Notes: generated from the letters alone by a model not told the origin. DNA of 64,000 nt from Candidatus Omnitrophota bacterium (GCA_041650935.1 JBAZKH010000001.1:73243-137242), one strand, 5' to 3'; shown: positions 9,625-20,218, numbered from the stretch's first letter. Numbers and translations are program-made.

Positions 9625-11145
9625 TTGCCGGTACTATTTTTTATCATAGCGTTACTTTTCAGGATCCCCGGTCTGGCCAGGCCTACGATCATGGACGAGG
9701 CGAAAGCGCTTCTCTATGCTACGCTCCCCCTTAAAAAGCTGCTCGATTTATTGATCGTGGACTCTCAACCGCCGTTATATTTTTATATATTGAAATTCTG
9801 GTCCTGGATCTCGCCCGACCCATTCCGCCTGCGGCTGCTTACGGTATTTTTGGGAGCATTTATATGCGTGCTCCTATTCAGGATCGTAAAGAGACTTTAC
9901 GGCGTCCCGGCCGCGAACTATGCTTTTATATTCGCGGTCCTGTCGCCGCAGTTGATATTCCAGTCCCAGTATCTCAGGCCTTATTGTATGGGGACTTTCT
10001 TTTCCATACTTCTCGTATATCTTTTCATCGGGTTCATGTATGATGAAAAAAGGCAGCTCCTCTATGTCGGGATATTGGGTCTTGTAACGGCGTTTTGCCT
10101 ATACAGCTTCTACATGTCTATATTTATAGTAGCCGCTATGAATATTTTTGCCCTGTACTTTTTCTGGAAGAGGAAAGAAAAGCTCCTGTGCTGGATAGGA
10201 TCGCAGGCCATAGCCATGGCGTTATTTTCCTTTTGGTTTCCCGTATTTATGCTTCAGAAACGTCTTGTCGAAGAAGGTTTAACATGCCATCTGCTCGAGA
10301 TAAACAATGCCGGGATAGGTTTTTATGTAGGTAAGATACATGCCGGAGACCTGATAAGGGTCGCTATGGCGTATCTTCACTTCGACGATATCCTGGGAGA
10401 AGGGAGGAGGTACTCGGAATATATAAAAAATGTCCCGGTCTTCCTGGCCGTTATGTCTGCATTCGGCGCTCTGATAGCGGCTTGTGTCGTCAGGGGTGCC
10501 AGGGCTATGTTCAAAACGGAGCGCGTAAAGGGCGCCTCTCTTCTTCTAGTGCTATTAATGTTGGTGCCGGCTATTTCTTTTATCGCACTCTCGGTGGGAG
10601 GCGATCTGGGCTTATGGGGTTATGCCGTGGTAAATATAAGGTATTTCAGCCAAAGCTCCATATATGCCCTCGTATTATTAGCGGTCTTCTTAGCCGGCAT
10701 TACGAATAGACTGCTGAAGAGAGCCTTCTTCTCCGCCATTATCATAATCTTTATTTTGTTGGACCTTAATATTTATCGGCACCCTATGGAAATATACAGG
10801 CCGGCCGTAAAGTATCTCTCCGACGCGGGTAGAAACTGCCGCGTCGTAGTGCTGGGCCCACACAATGCCCTCGCGTTCCATAACCCGTTTTCCGACAAGC
10901 GGTTTTCTGATTATATCCTTCTGGAGTACGATGCCGATAAGAAAACGACCAGGGCAGTCAAAGAAAAGATAGGCAGTATCGATAAGCTCTATTTCTATTA
11001 TTTCAAATCCGCCGAAACAATGGTCCTCTTCCCGGACCTTGATACTAAGTTCGAAAAGTTCATCGGCGGTTTGGGATTTGTAAAGAAAAAGACGCGCAAA
11101 ATAAACGATATACTCTTCATCTCCTATTTCGAAAGGCGCCGGTAA
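9625..11145 (+). CDS. Polytopic membrane glycosyltransferase, GT-C fold (GT39/GT83 PMT/ArnT-like)
   Basis: TTG start after GAGGTAAGG. Many predicted TM helices. The early periplasmic-loop motif TIMDEAKALLYA matches the DE..YA signature of ArnT/PMT enzymes, which use polyprenyl-P-sugar donors. Confidence 0.55.
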   Translation: MPVLFFIIALLFRIPGLARPTIMDEAKALLYATLPLKKLLDLLIVDSQPPLYFYILKFWSWISPDPFRLRLLTVFLGAFICVLLFRIVKRLYGVPAANYAFIFAVLSPQLIFQSQYLRPYCMGTFFSILLVYLFIGFMYDEKRQLLYVGILGLVTAFCLYSFYMSIFIVAAMNIFALYFFWKRKEKLLCWIGSQAIAMALFSFWFPVFMLQKRLVEEGLTCHLLEINNAGIGFYVGKIHAGDLIRVAMAYLHFDDILGEGRRYSEYIKNVPVFLAVMSAFGALIAACVVRGARAMFKTERVKGASLLLVLLMLVPAISFIALSVGGDLGLWGYAVVNIRYFSQSSIYALVLLAVFLAGITNRLLKRAFFSAIIIIFILLDLNIYRHPMEIYRPAVKYLSDAGRNCRVVVLGPHNALAFHNPFSDKRFSDYILLEYDADKKTTRAVKEKIGSIDKLYFYYFKSAETMVLFPDLDTKFEKFIGGLGFVKKKTRKINDILFISYFERRR

Positions 11146-11149
11146 ATAG

Positions 11150-12070
11150 ATGGTCAACTTCATCAGGCGGAATAAATATCTGAAGATAGTGAAGAATATG
11201 CTTGAGAATGCGGTCTGTGCATTCAAGATAAAGGCCGGGCTGTATCGCCATGAATTTGGTTCGACGCATAAAGATTTTTCCGTTGCCGAGAGCCTTGCTT
11301 ATATCGACGCCGTCTTCGAGGACTATTTGAGATACGGCGGTATTTCCGCGGAGAAGTTGTCGGGTAAAACGGTGCTGGAGATCGGCCCCGGAGATAACCT
11401 CGGGGTTGCGCTTAAGTTTATCGCGTACGGCGCCGCCAGGGTAGTCTGCGTCGACAGGATCTATTCCGCCCGGGACAGGAAGAAAGAATTTGCCGTCTAT
11501 TCGGCGCTGAGGGAGAGTTTGGGCGGCGCGGAGATGAAATCCAGGTTCGATTCGGCCCTTGAGCTGGATAAAGGCGAATGCATCTTCAACGATAATAAAC
11601 TTGTCTATATTTACGGTTTGGATATAGGCGAGCGCGGCGCGGCGCTTAAAGAAGACAGCTTCGATTTAATAATATCACGGGCGGTCCTGGAGCACATCTA
11701 TAATATCGATTCAGCATTCGACTTTATGGATAGACACTTAAAAAGAGGCGGTTGCCATCTGCATAAGGTGGACCTGAGGGATCACGATATGTTTACCCGC
11801 GATGGGCATAATCCGCTGACGTTTTTAACGATACCGGAATTTTTCTGGAGCCTTATGACGCGGTATTCCGGTAAGCCGAACAGGCGCCGGGCGGATTATT
11901 TCGAAAAGAAATTGTCGGGGTTCGGGTATGACTACGATATCTCGATAACCAGTAAAGAGGATATGAGTTCCATAGATGCCGTAAGGCCCAAATTGGCCGC
12001 GGAGTTTAAGGGTCTGCCGGACGAGAATCTTCTCGTCGGCGGGATCTTTATCGCGGCAAGAAAGAAGTAG
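11150..12070 (+). CDS. Class I SAM-dependent methyltransferase
   Basis: VLEIGPGDNLGVALKFIAYGAARVVCVD (motif I) and ISRAVLEHI (motif II-like). Confidence 0.6.
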   Translation: MVNFIRRNKYLKIVKNMLENAVCAFKIKAGLYRHEFGSTHKDFSVAESLAYIDAVFEDYLRYGGISAEKLSGKTVLEIGPGDNLGVALKFIAYGAARVVCVDRIYSARDRKKEFAVYSALRESLGGAEMKSRFDSALELDKGECIFNDNKLVYIYGLDIGERGAALKEDSFDLIISRAVLEHIYNIDSAFDFMDRHLKRGGCHLHKVDLRDHDMFTRDGHNPLTFLTIPEFFWSLMTRYSGKPNRRRADYFEKKLSGFGYDYDISITSKEDMSSIDAVRPKLAAEFKGLPDENLLVGGIFIAARKK

Positions 12071-12076
12071 GGCGGA

Positions 12077-13510
12077 ATGAAAACAATTGGAAAGATACTG
12101 ATCGGGATATTGCTGGGGATTATATTCAGTTTCTTTCCGGGCGGATTTCTTGTCTTCTCAGTCTTCTTATCGGTACTATATTTTATGAACCGGTATCTAA
12201 ATACTCCGTCGAAAGATTTGTTGATAAAGTTATTTATGCTGGGCTTTGCGGTGAGGGTAATTATGGCGTTCGTGAATTATTACGTTGCCGTCGATGTGAT
12301 GCATGACGGCGTCGATACCCAGCCCGACGCAGTCATCTATAATAACAACGCTTATTATATAGCCAATCACCTGAAACCATTCGATAACTATTCGGAAGAT
12401 ATAACCAGAGACCAAAGACTAAAGCTCAGCATGGAGCGTGCGAAGAAGTGGCAAGGTAACAGGATCCCGCCTGTGGGGTCGTATCAGAATGGGTTTTATG
12501 TATTCGTTATAGGGCTCTTCTATTCATGGCTGGGATACTGCCCTATAGCGGCTAAGGTCATGAATTGCATCTTTGGATGCGGGTGTGCGGTATTGACCTA
12601 CTTTATAGCTAAGCATTTGTCCGGTTCCGAGACAATTGCAAAGGCATCCTATGTTGTCACCATGTTCTTCCCATCGCTTATGCTATGGTCGGCTACCCTT
12701 CTGCGTGATTCGATAGCCAATTTTTTATTCCTTGCTTATATGCTATCGTGTCTTCTCTATCTTAAATTTGGAAGAAACCGGGCTTTGCCGGCGGCTTTTG
12801 CAATGATAGTCCTGCTGGCTCTCTTCAGGTTGAAGATAGAGCCTATCCTGACGGCAGGGCTGGGGATCGTAATAATCGCGGGTTTATTGAAAAAGTTCTT
12901 CCCCGCGAAGCGGCTGACAGTTTTTTTTGCGGTTATATTCATTCTTATTATTTCGGCGGTTATGATTGGAAAGAACATCGACTTTGTGACCAACCAGGTA
13001 AATAGTAAGATCGTATTGGCATTCAAGCACCATCAGGCTTATTCGACGCACGATGTGGCATCCGTCTATAAGATATTCAAGGGAGATCTTTACGGGAAGG
13101 CAAATATGAATATCCGTGATTTTCTCGACGTCTCTTTATGTTTTTCCATGCTTAAAGGCCTGGCCTACTATTTTCTATCCCCGTTCCCGTGGCGGATACC
13201 ATGGAATCATTTCTGGCTGTTGATCTTCTATCCCCAGGTTATCGTAACATTTATCTTTCTGCCGTTTATAGCGCTGGGGCTGCTGGTGTCGGCGCGCCGC
13301 GATATTTACGTAACCGCAGTTATGCTGACGGTTTTGGCCATCGTTATCCTGCCTAATGTATTTTCGGAAGGAGTTATCGGTATCGTAGTGCGTCACAGGG
13401 ACATGTTCACGCCATTTTTGATTATCTTCGCGAGCTATGGTTTCTACTCGCTGATGCTGCCAAAAAAGCATCCGGAGGATGTATATCCCATCGGGAGGGA
13501 TGCCCGATGA
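12077..13510 (+). CDS. Polytopic integral membrane protein (putative GT-C glycosyltransferase or glycan polymerase)
   Basis: At least 10 hydrophobic segments and no recognisable soluble catalytic motif. Located inside the glycan cluster. Confidence 0.4.
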   Translation: MKTIGKILIGILLGIIFSFFPGGFLVFSVFLSVLYFMNRYLNTPSKDLLIKLFMLGFAVRVIMAFVNYYVAVDVMHDGVDTQPDAVIYNNNAYYIANHLKPFDNYSEDITRDQRLKLSMERAKKWQGNRIPPVGSYQNGFYVFVIGLFYSWLGYCPIAAKVMNCIFGCGCAVLTYFIAKHLSGSETIAKASYVVTMFFPSLMLWSATLLRDSIANFLFLAYMLSCLLYLKFGRNRALPAAFAMIVLLALFRLKIEPILTAGLGIVIIAGLLKKFFPAKRLTVFFAVIFILIISAVMIGKNIDFVTNQVNSKIVLAFKHHQAYSTHDVASVYKIFKGDLYGKANMNIRDFLDVSLCFSMLKGLAYYFLSPFPWRIPWNHFWLLIFYPQVIVTFIFLPFIALGLLVSARRDIYVTAVMLTVLAIVILPNVFSEGVIGIVVRHRDMFTPFLIIFASYGFYSLMLPKKHPEDVYPIGRDAR

Positions 13511-14961
13511 ATATCGTCCTGATATATCCGCTTCTGTCCAGACAGAGGAGCCTCGTCGACGAGAATAAGCAGTATTGGCCTCCTCTGGGCCTGGCGTATA
13601 TAGCCGCGGTCCTGGAGAGGAACGGCCATAAGGTAACTATTATAGACAGGGATGCGCTGCTTCACAGGCAATCGATGTCTTTTGAAAGGACGGACGAGGA
13701 GACGTTGGGCACGATAAAGCGGGTACGGGCAGATATCGTCGGGTTCAGCGCTACGACGCCCAATATAGCGGATGTCTTCGCCTTGTCGACAAAGATCAAA
13801 AAGATTTCCAGGGAAATAAAGATAGTGCTCGGAGGCCCTCACTCGACGGGTGAGCCGGAACTCACTCTCAAGCTTACGGATGATATAGATGCGGTTTGCA
13901 GGGGCGAGGGCGAATTTACGATGCTCGATCTGGCCGGCGGCAAAGGGTTAAAAGAGACCGCGGGCCTGAGCTTCAAATCCGGTCCGGAGATAGTACATAA
14001 CCCGGAGAGGATGCTTATAAACAATATAGACGATCTGCCGGCCCCGGCGCATCATCTGCTCGACATGGAGTTTTACTTAAGGCCCAGCAGGTTCACCAGC
14101 AGGAACCTGAGTCTGCGCACGACGTCCATCTTTACCGCGAGGGGCTGCCCCTACAGGTGCAATTTCTGCGCGGGCCCGCTCATCTTCTCCGGTAAGGTGA
14201 GGTTCCATTCCGCCGGACGGGTTATCGGCGAGGTGGAACGTTTAATAACCGACTACGGGATCGAAGCGCTATATTTTGCCGAAGATATGTTTTTGAGCGA
14301 CAGGCGAAGGGCCGGTGAGATACTGGAGCTATTTGTGCGTAACGGTATAAATAAGCGGTTGCGCTGGTTTGCCCAGGCAAAAGTGAATGTGATAGACAGG
14401 GATCTTCTTATGCTCATGAAGAGTGCCGGCTGTGCAGGCATCGAATATGGTTTCGAATCCGGTTCGCAGGCGATATTGGATAAGATGAATAAGAGAAGTA
14501 CCGTCGAGGATAATATAAAAGCGGCAAAACTGACGCAGGCGGCGGGTTTAAGGTACCAGGCGAACATAATAGCGGGGTATCCCGGCGAGACGGAACGCGA
14601 TTTCGAACTTACGATCGATTTTCTGAAGAAGATAAAACCCGGCAATATCGGGTTCAATCTATTCATGGCGCTTCCCGGCACGCCCGAGTATATAAAGCTG
14701 AAGAAAACAGGGGATATCTCTTATGACTGGGAGAATGTGGGCAACCCGGAGGGTGGTAAAAATTATACCGCAATGAGCGACCGGGTCTTCCAAAAGATGT
14801 ATGCCAGGGCCAGGCTCAGCGTGATTCTTCCCCTTAATCTGGCGAATTTTATAAGGTATAATATCAGGAACCCGCTCAGGTTCATATATCTTATCCTGAC
14901 ACAATCGCGGGGAATAATAGTCAAGACTGTCCGCTCCGACCTGAAGAGGCTCTTAAGATGA
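13507..14961 (+). CDS. B12-binding domain radical SAM enzyme (class B)
   Basis: N-terminal Rossmann-like B12-binding region (NIVLIYP...LAYIAAVLERNGHKVTIID). Canonical cluster motif ARGCPYRCNFCAG. ~480 aa. Confidence 0.8.
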   Translation: MNIVLIYPLLSRQRSLVDENKQYWPPLGLAYIAAVLERNGHKVTIIDRDALLHRQSMSFERTDEETLGTIKRVRADIVGFSATTPNIADVFALSTKIKKISREIKIVLGGPHSTGEPELTLKLTDDIDAVCRGEGEFTMLDLAGGKGLKETAGLSFKSGPEIVHNPERMLINNIDDLPAPAHHLLDMEFYLRPSRFTSRNLSLRTTSIFTARGCPYRCNFCAGPLIFSGKVRFHSAGRVIGEVERLITDYGIEALYFAEDMFLSDRRRAGEILELFVRNGINKRLRWFAQAKVNVIDRDLLMLMKSAGCAGIEYGFESGSQAILDKMNKRSTVEDNIKAAKLTQAAGLRYQANIIAGYPGETERDFELTIDFLKKIKPGNIGFNLFMALPGTPEYIKLKKTGDISYDWENVGNPEGGKNYTAMSDRVFQKMYARARLSVILPLNLANFIRYNIRNPLRFIYLILTQSRGIIVKTVRSDLKRLLR

Positions 14962-16160
14962 AGATACTTTACATCTCCTATAACGGCGCTTTGGAGCCCC
15001 TTCTTCAATCGCAGGGCATACCTTATATAATGGGCGTTCACAGGAACGGCCATCAATTTCATATCATGACGTTCGAGCCTGGTAAAAGTATAGGGCGGCG
15101 CGCGCCGGCATTTTTAAATATGAAGAATAGCCTGTCCGGGGCGGGGATTAGCTGGACGCCCTTACATTTCCATAGCTGGCCCGGCTTTATAGCCAAGGCT
15201 TACGATCTTCTGACGGGTGCGGTAGTTTCATTTATCTTGTCCGTCAAATTTAAACCCGACGCTATCCATGCCAGGGGGCTCTTCTCCGCGCTCGTTGCTC
15301 TTCCGGCAGCTTCCGTACTGAAGAAGCCCGTGATATTCGATATGAGGAGCAAATTGTCCGAGGCCTATGCGATAAGCGGCAAATGGCGGGATGGCGGGGC
15401 TGTTTCGAGACTGATGAGTTCTCTGGAAGATCGATGTTTGAGGAGAGCGGCGGCCGTAATCGTCGAAACGACGGAACACAAAAGGGAGGTGGAAGAGTTC
15501 CTGGCCGGGAACAGGACGCGGAAACCTGTCGAGGTAATACCTTGCTGCGTGGACCTGGAGAGATTTAAGGATGCGCGAAAGATTGCGGGGCGGGCTCCGG
15601 AATTTATGATAGCATATCTCGGTTCCCTGAGCGGCTGGTATTGTCTGGAAGAGACAGTGCGTTTTTTCGAAAAATTAAGCAGGACGATCCCGGGCAGTAA
15701 GATGATATTTTTAACAAAAGACGATCCGAAAAGTATCCTGAAATATCTGAAGGATAGCAATATCCCGGACGGCGCTGTCACCATAACCGGGGTGGCTCCG
15801 GGAATGGTCCCTGAGCGCCTGGCAAGATCGACGGCAGGTATACTTTTCAAGTACCCGAACCGGAGATTGAGCTCGTTTCCCGTCAAGATAGGGGAGTATC
15901 TTGCGGCGGGGATACCGGTCATAATCAATCGCGGTATGGGGGATGTGGAAGATTTTGTTTTGGGTAATGGGGTGGGCGTTGCAGTCGACGGGTTCGATGA
16001 CGGTGCGTTCGACAAAGGTATTGCGGCGCTGATTGCCTTGGCCAAAGATAAGGATATCGTGGAAAAGTGTTTTACTGCGGCACGGAAGCTCTCGACGGAG
16101 ATTGGCGTACAAAAGTACTTAGGTGTTTATGAACTTATCGAAAGAAAAACGGCGGCATAA
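14958..16160 (+). CDS. Family 4 glycosyltransferase
   Basis: MKILYISYNG N-terminus; C-terminal GT-B region with GEYLAAGIPVIINRGMGDVEDFV. Confidence 0.7.
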   Translation: MKILYISYNGALEPLLQSQGIPYIMGVHRNGHQFHIMTFEPGKSIGRRAPAFLNMKNSLSGAGISWTPLHFHSWPGFIAKAYDLLTGAVVSFILSVKFKPDAIHARGLFSALVALPAASVLKKPVIFDMRSKLSEAYAISGKWRDGGAVSRLMSSLEDRCLRRAAAVIVETTEHKREVEEFLAGNRTRKPVEVIPCCVDLERFKDARKIAGRAPEFMIAYLGSLSGWYCLEETVRFFEKLSRTIPGSKMIFLTKDDPKSILKYLKDSNIPDGAVTITGVAPGMVPERLARSTAGILFKYPNRRLSSFPVKIGEYLAAGIPVIINRGMGDVEDFVLGNGVGVAVDGFDDGAFDKGIAALIALAKDKDIVEKCFTAARKLSTEIGVQKYLGVYELIERKTAA

Positions 16161-16161
16161 T

Positions 16162-17202
16162 ATGCGGGTGCTTTTTATAGTACCGTATCCGACCTCGGGG
16201 CCCAGTAACAGGTTCCGGGTCGAGCAATACCTGCCCTATCTGGAAGGGCGGCGGGTATCGTATTGCCTGAGGCCGTTTTGCAACCCTGATTTCTATCTTC
16301 TCTTACGAAAGAGAGGGCATTATTTCAAGAAGGCCTATTACCTCCTGGTCTTCCTCTTCAGCAGGTTCGTCGATCTCCTCAGGGTACCCTACTACGACAT
16401 CGTATTTATCCACAGGGAAGCTTTCCCGGCCAAGGACTATATATTCGAGTGGCTATTCAGGATATTCAGCCGGAGGCTCGTCTATGATTTTGACGATGCC
16501 ATCTTCCTGAAGAAGCCCGCCAAGACCAGGGCAATAATCAGGTTGTCGGACCATATAATAGCGGGGAACGGTTTTCTAAAAAGTTACGCCGCGTCGCTTA
16601 ATAATGCGGTAACTATTTTACCGACGTGCATAGATACCGGCAGATACAGGCCGATCGAAAAGAAATGCGCCGGAGAAAAGATAGTAATAGGATGGATGGG
16701 GACGGCCACTACGTCGGAATATTTAGGAGAGCTCCGGAATGTCTTTAAATTCATACTGGATAAATACGGGAATGTGGAGATCAGGATCGTCGGGGGGATG
16801 TCCGAAGGCTTCCTGGGACCCGGCCTGGTATATAAGAACTGGTTTTTGGATAGTGAGATACTCGACCTGCAGGAATTCGATATAGGTATTATGCCTATGC
16901 CGGATAGCGATTGGACCAAAGGTAAATGCGCCTTTAAGATAATACAGTATATGGCGGTCGGGATCCCGTCGGTAGCCGCGCCGGTCGGCATGAACCTGGA
17001 AGTCATACGCCACGGCGTGAATGGTTTCTTTGCGTCTGGCGAAAAGGAATGGATTGACAGGCTGTCGCGCCTTATAGAGGATGCCGCCTTGCGCGGCGAG
17101 ATCGGCAAAAACGGAAGAAGAACGATCGAGGAGCGATACGCGCTCAAGATCGCGGAACCAAGATTCGTTGGAATATTGGAACAGACGTTGTCGAAAAGGT
17201 AA
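16162..17202 (+). CDS. Family 4 glycosyltransferase
   Basis: ATG immediately after the TAA of the previous gene gives MRVLFIVPYPTSGPS. C-terminal QYMAVGIPSVAAPVGMNLEVIRHGVNGFFA. The ORF-track start at 16123 is an upstream extension. Confidence 0.75.
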   Translation: MRVLFIVPYPTSGPSNRFRVEQYLPYLEGRRVSYCLRPFCNPDFYLLLRKRGHYFKKAYYLLVFLFSRFVDLLRVPYYDIVFIHREAFPAKDYIFEWLFRIFSRRLVYDFDDAIFLKKPAKTRAIIRLSDHIIAGNGFLKSYAASLNNAVTILPTCIDTGRYRPIEKKCAGEKIVIGWMGTATTSEYLGELRNVFKFILDKYGNVEIRIVGGMSEGFLGPGLVYKNWFLDSEILDLQEFDIGIMPMPDSDWTKGKCAFKIIQYMAVGIPSVAAPVGMNLEVIRHGVNGFFASGEKEWIDRLSRLIEDAALRGEIGKNGRRTIEERYALKIAEPRFVGILEQTLSKR

Positions 17203-17209
17203 TTTATAT

Positions 17210-19102
17210 ATGTGCGGTATTTGCGGAATTATAAATAATAGACCCGGGATCGCGGGTGAAAATGCGGTCAGGGCAATGTCGGATAAGCTGATCCATAGGG
17301 GTCCTGATGATGCCGGGATATATCGGGATAAGGCTTCTTTGCCGGAAGCGGTGCTGGGCCACAGGCGTCTTAGCATAATAGACTTAAGTCCGCGCGGGCA
17401 TCAGCCCATGTCGAATGAAGACGGCACTATATGGCTCGTAATGAACGGGGAGATCTATAATTACAGGGAACTAAAACTCGAGCTTGAAGCGAAGGGGCAC
17501 AAATTCAGCTCCAATACCGACACCGAAACGGTGGTACATCTGTATGAGGAATACGGTGAGGAATGCGTTACGCGCTTGAGGGGAATGTTCGCATTCGCCG
17601 TATGGGATGCCGGGAAAAAAATGCTGATGGCGGCCAGGGACAGGGTTGGGAAGAAGCCGCTGGTCTATTATCATGACGGCGGAACATTCTGTTTCGCGTC
17701 CGAGCTCGCCTCGCTGCTTGCAAGCGGTCTTATAAAGACCGATATAAATCACGAAGCCATAGACAACTATCTCACGCTTGGTTATATACCGGCGCCGTTG
17801 ACCGCTTATCGACGGATCCTGAAACTGCCGCCGGCGCATATCCTCACCTTCCGGGATAACAAGGTGACGATAAAGCGTTACTGGGAACTGGACTACTCCA
17901 ATAAGATCAAAATTACCGAAGGGGAAGCGGCCGAAGAGGTCTTGAAGCTGCTAAGAGAAGCCGTCAAGATAAGGCTCTACAGCGATGTCCCGCTGGGAGC
18001 CTTCTTAAGCGGCGGGATAGACTCGAGCGCGGTAGTTGCTTTGATGAGCAGGGTAAGCCCGGCCAGAGTCAAGACCTTTTCGATAGGCTTCGAAGAGAAG
18101 GCGTATAACGAGCTATCGTATGCGCGCTCCGTGGCGGAGCGGTTCGGCACAGAACATCACGAGTTTATCGTAAGACCCGACGCAATGGCTATCCTGCCCG
18201 CGCTGGTCGAGAGATACGGCGAGCCCTATGCTGACTCCTCCTGCATACCAACTTATTATGTCGCGAAAGAGACCAAACGGTATGTCACGGTTGCGTTAAA
18301 CGGAGACGGAGGGGACGAGTCGTTTGCGGGGTACGAACGTTATCAGGCTATGATAGCTTCGAAGATATATCGAATAGTGCCGCAACCGCTGCGCAAAGTA
18401 TTTAAAGGCGCTATGCAAGCCCTGCCCGGTTCCATGGACTATAAGAACAATCTGATAAGGATACAGAGATTCCTCGAGGGAGTAGAACTGCCGACGCTCC
18501 AGCGGTATGCGCGGTGGGTAAGTATCTTTAATCCAGGGATTAAAGATACTATGTATACAGCAGAGTTCAAGGCCGGACTTTCCGGCGAAGGCCATCTCGG
18601 ATTACTGCGGCCTTATATTGAAGGCAGTGGTAAGATCGACCTTCTGGACCGCATTCTCATGGCAGATGTGAATACATATCTCCCGGATGATCTTCTGGTG
18701 AAAGTGGATATAGCGAGCATGGCCAATTCGTTGGAGGCCCGTTCGCCGTTTCTCGACCACAAGCTTATGGAATTCGCCGCAGCCCTGCCTCCACAATATA
18801 AGATGAGGAATTTTGTCAAAAAACATATTTTAAAGAAGGCTCTCAAAGGCCTGGTGCCGGCGGGCAATCTTCACAGGCGGAAGATGGGCTTCGGGATGCC
18901 CGTCGGCGCATGGTTCAGGGGAGAGCTCAAAGGTTTCGTCAGGGATACTATCCTCTCCGGTAATTCTTTTTGCAGCCTTTATTTTAACGGGGAGGCTGTG
19001 CGTAAGATGATAGATGACAATGCGGAGATGAAGAGAGATCATACATACCGTCTCTGGGCGCTTTTGATGCTTGAACTATGGTATCAGAAGCAGGAGCTGT
19101 AA
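17210..19102 (+). CDS. asnB: Asparagine synthetase (glutamine-hydrolysing) family amidotransferase
   Basis: MCGICGII with the N-terminal nucleophile Cys2; PP-loop SGGIDSS; ~630 aa. In glycan clusters such homologs amidate sugar carboxylates. The ORF-track start at 17081 is an out-of-domain extension. Confidence 0.85.
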   Translation: MCGICGIINNRPGIAGENAVRAMSDKLIHRGPDDAGIYRDKASLPEAVLGHRRLSIIDLSPRGHQPMSNEDGTIWLVMNGEIYNYRELKLELEAKGHKFSSNTDTETVVHLYEEYGEECVTRLRGMFAFAVWDAGKKMLMAARDRVGKKPLVYYHDGGTFCFASELASLLASGLIKTDINHEAIDNYLTLGYIPAPLTAYRRILKLPPAHILTFRDNKVTIKRYWELDYSNKIKITEGEAAEEVLKLLREAVKIRLYSDVPLGAFLSGGIDSSAVVALMSRVSPARVKTFSIGFEEKAYNELSYARSVAERFGTEHHEFIVRPDAMAILPALVERYGEPYADSSCIPTYYVAKETKRYVTVALNGDGGDESFAGYERYQAMIASKIYRIVPQPLRKVFKGAMQALPGSMDYKNNLIRIQRFLEGVELPTLQRYARWVSIFNPGIKDTMYTAEFKAGLSGEGHLGLLRPYIEGSGKIDLLDRILMADVNTYLPDDLLVKVDIASMANSLEARSPFLDHKLMEFAAALPPQYKMRNFVKKHILKKALKGLVPAGNLHRRKMGFGMPVGAWFRGELKGFVRDTILSGNSFCSLYFNGEAVRKMIDDNAEMKRDHTYRLWALLMLELWYQKQEL

Positions 19103-19251
19103 TGAGCTATTCTCCGTCCGGCCCGGATAAATTTATCCTCCTTCGCAGAAAACCCCGGGCTTTCAAGCTCAAAGATGAACGCGCAGGCCGCGGCGGTGAC
19201 GAACATCGAATTGCAGGGTTTTCTGCTCCGGAGGATTCCGCCAACAGGCGA

Positions 19252-20190
19252 ATGGAAACTCCGGCCTTTAGGCCGGAGAGCTTCATTCCGGCTGTCAGTG
19301 TTGTCATAGTGGCGTATAACCACGCTGAATATATCGGCCAGGCTATCCAGTCGGTGCTCGACCAGACTTTCGGCGATTTTGAAGTGGTCGTCTTCGACGA
19401 CGGTTCGCGCGACAACACCAAAGACGTGGTTGCGTCCTTCCATGACGAGCGTATAAAGTATTACCGCCAGGAAAACAGCGGCCTTCCCGCAAAAGGCAGG
19501 AATGCCGGTATGCGGCTGGCCAGGGGCAGGTATATAGCTTTGATGGACGGCGACGATTTCTGGTATAAGGAGAAACTGGATAAGAGCATAAGGGCATTGG
19601 ATACAATGAAGGATGTAAGCCTCATATGTCATAACGAGGATATTATATACGGGACGCGGATACTGCCGCATAAATCGTACGGCCCTTACAGGGCGGATAT
19701 GTATTCAAGCCTTCTCTTTAACGGTAATTGCCTGCATTCTTCGGCCGTTACCATAAGGAGAGAGGTATTCTTCGACGATGGTATGCGGTTCTGCGAGGAC
19801 AAAGATCTCTTTGCCATAGAAGATTACGAATACTGGATGAGACTTTCGCGGAGGTACAAGTTCTATTTCCTGCCCGACCGCCTCGGTTGTTACAGGGTAA
19901 TAGATAAAGGCGCTTTCTTAAGCAGTAACGAGACGAACACAAAGAACTTGCTGTGCCTGCTGGAACGGCATTTTTCAAAACTAAACCGGCAGGACGACAA
20001 ATTCCGGGCCATGGCCAGACGGCGCAGATCCTCGGTGATGTGCGCGGCCGGTAGGATGCAGCAGCATAAGGCCAACTTTAAAGAGAGCGGCAGATGGTAT
20101 ATCATGGCATTAAGGGAGTATCCTTTTAACTATAAGGCATTGATAGGACTTGCGTTATCGACGCTTAGGATAAAACTGTTTTATGGATAG
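19252..20190 (+). CDS. Family 2 glycosyltransferase
   Basis: METPAFRPESFIPAVSVVIVAYNHAEYIGQAIQSVLDQTF...VVVFDDGSRDNT...MDGDD. The upstream 19078-19251 in-frame stretch is Arg-rich junk, so the start is placed at ATG 19252 (uncertain). Confidence 0.7.
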   Translation: METPAFRPESFIPAVSVVIVAYNHAEYIGQAIQSVLDQTFGDFEVVVFDDGSRDNTKDVVASFHDERIKYYRQENSGLPAKGRNAGMRLARGRYIALMDGDDFWYKEKLDKSIRALDTMKDVSLICHNEDIIYGTRILPHKSYGPYRADMYSSLLFNGNCLHSSAVTIRREVFFDDGMRFCEDKDLFAIEDYEYWMRLSRRYKFYFLPDRLGCYRVIDKGAFLSSNETNTKNLLCLLERHFSKLNRQDDKFRAMARRRRSSVMCAAGRMQQHKANFKESGRWYIMALREYPFNYKALIGLALSTLRIKLFYG

Positions 20191-20218
20191 AGAACGCAGT
20201 TAATTCTGGAGAGTGAAT

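Noticed and set aside
17081-17209. N-terminal extensions suggested by the ORF track (17081 asnB, 19078 GT2, 31591 epimerase, 55522 azoR-like, 56111 nrdJ, 1083 cytidylyltransferase, 16123 GT4, 20213 rSAM, 28144 ligase-like, 62822 SOR)
   Set aside because: The extended regions are Arg/Pro-rich or overlap the upstream gene, and in each case a conserved N-terminal motif (MCGICG, MEKVLVTGG, MDDLKL, MNKLLHII, etc.) with an RBS marks a downstream start.
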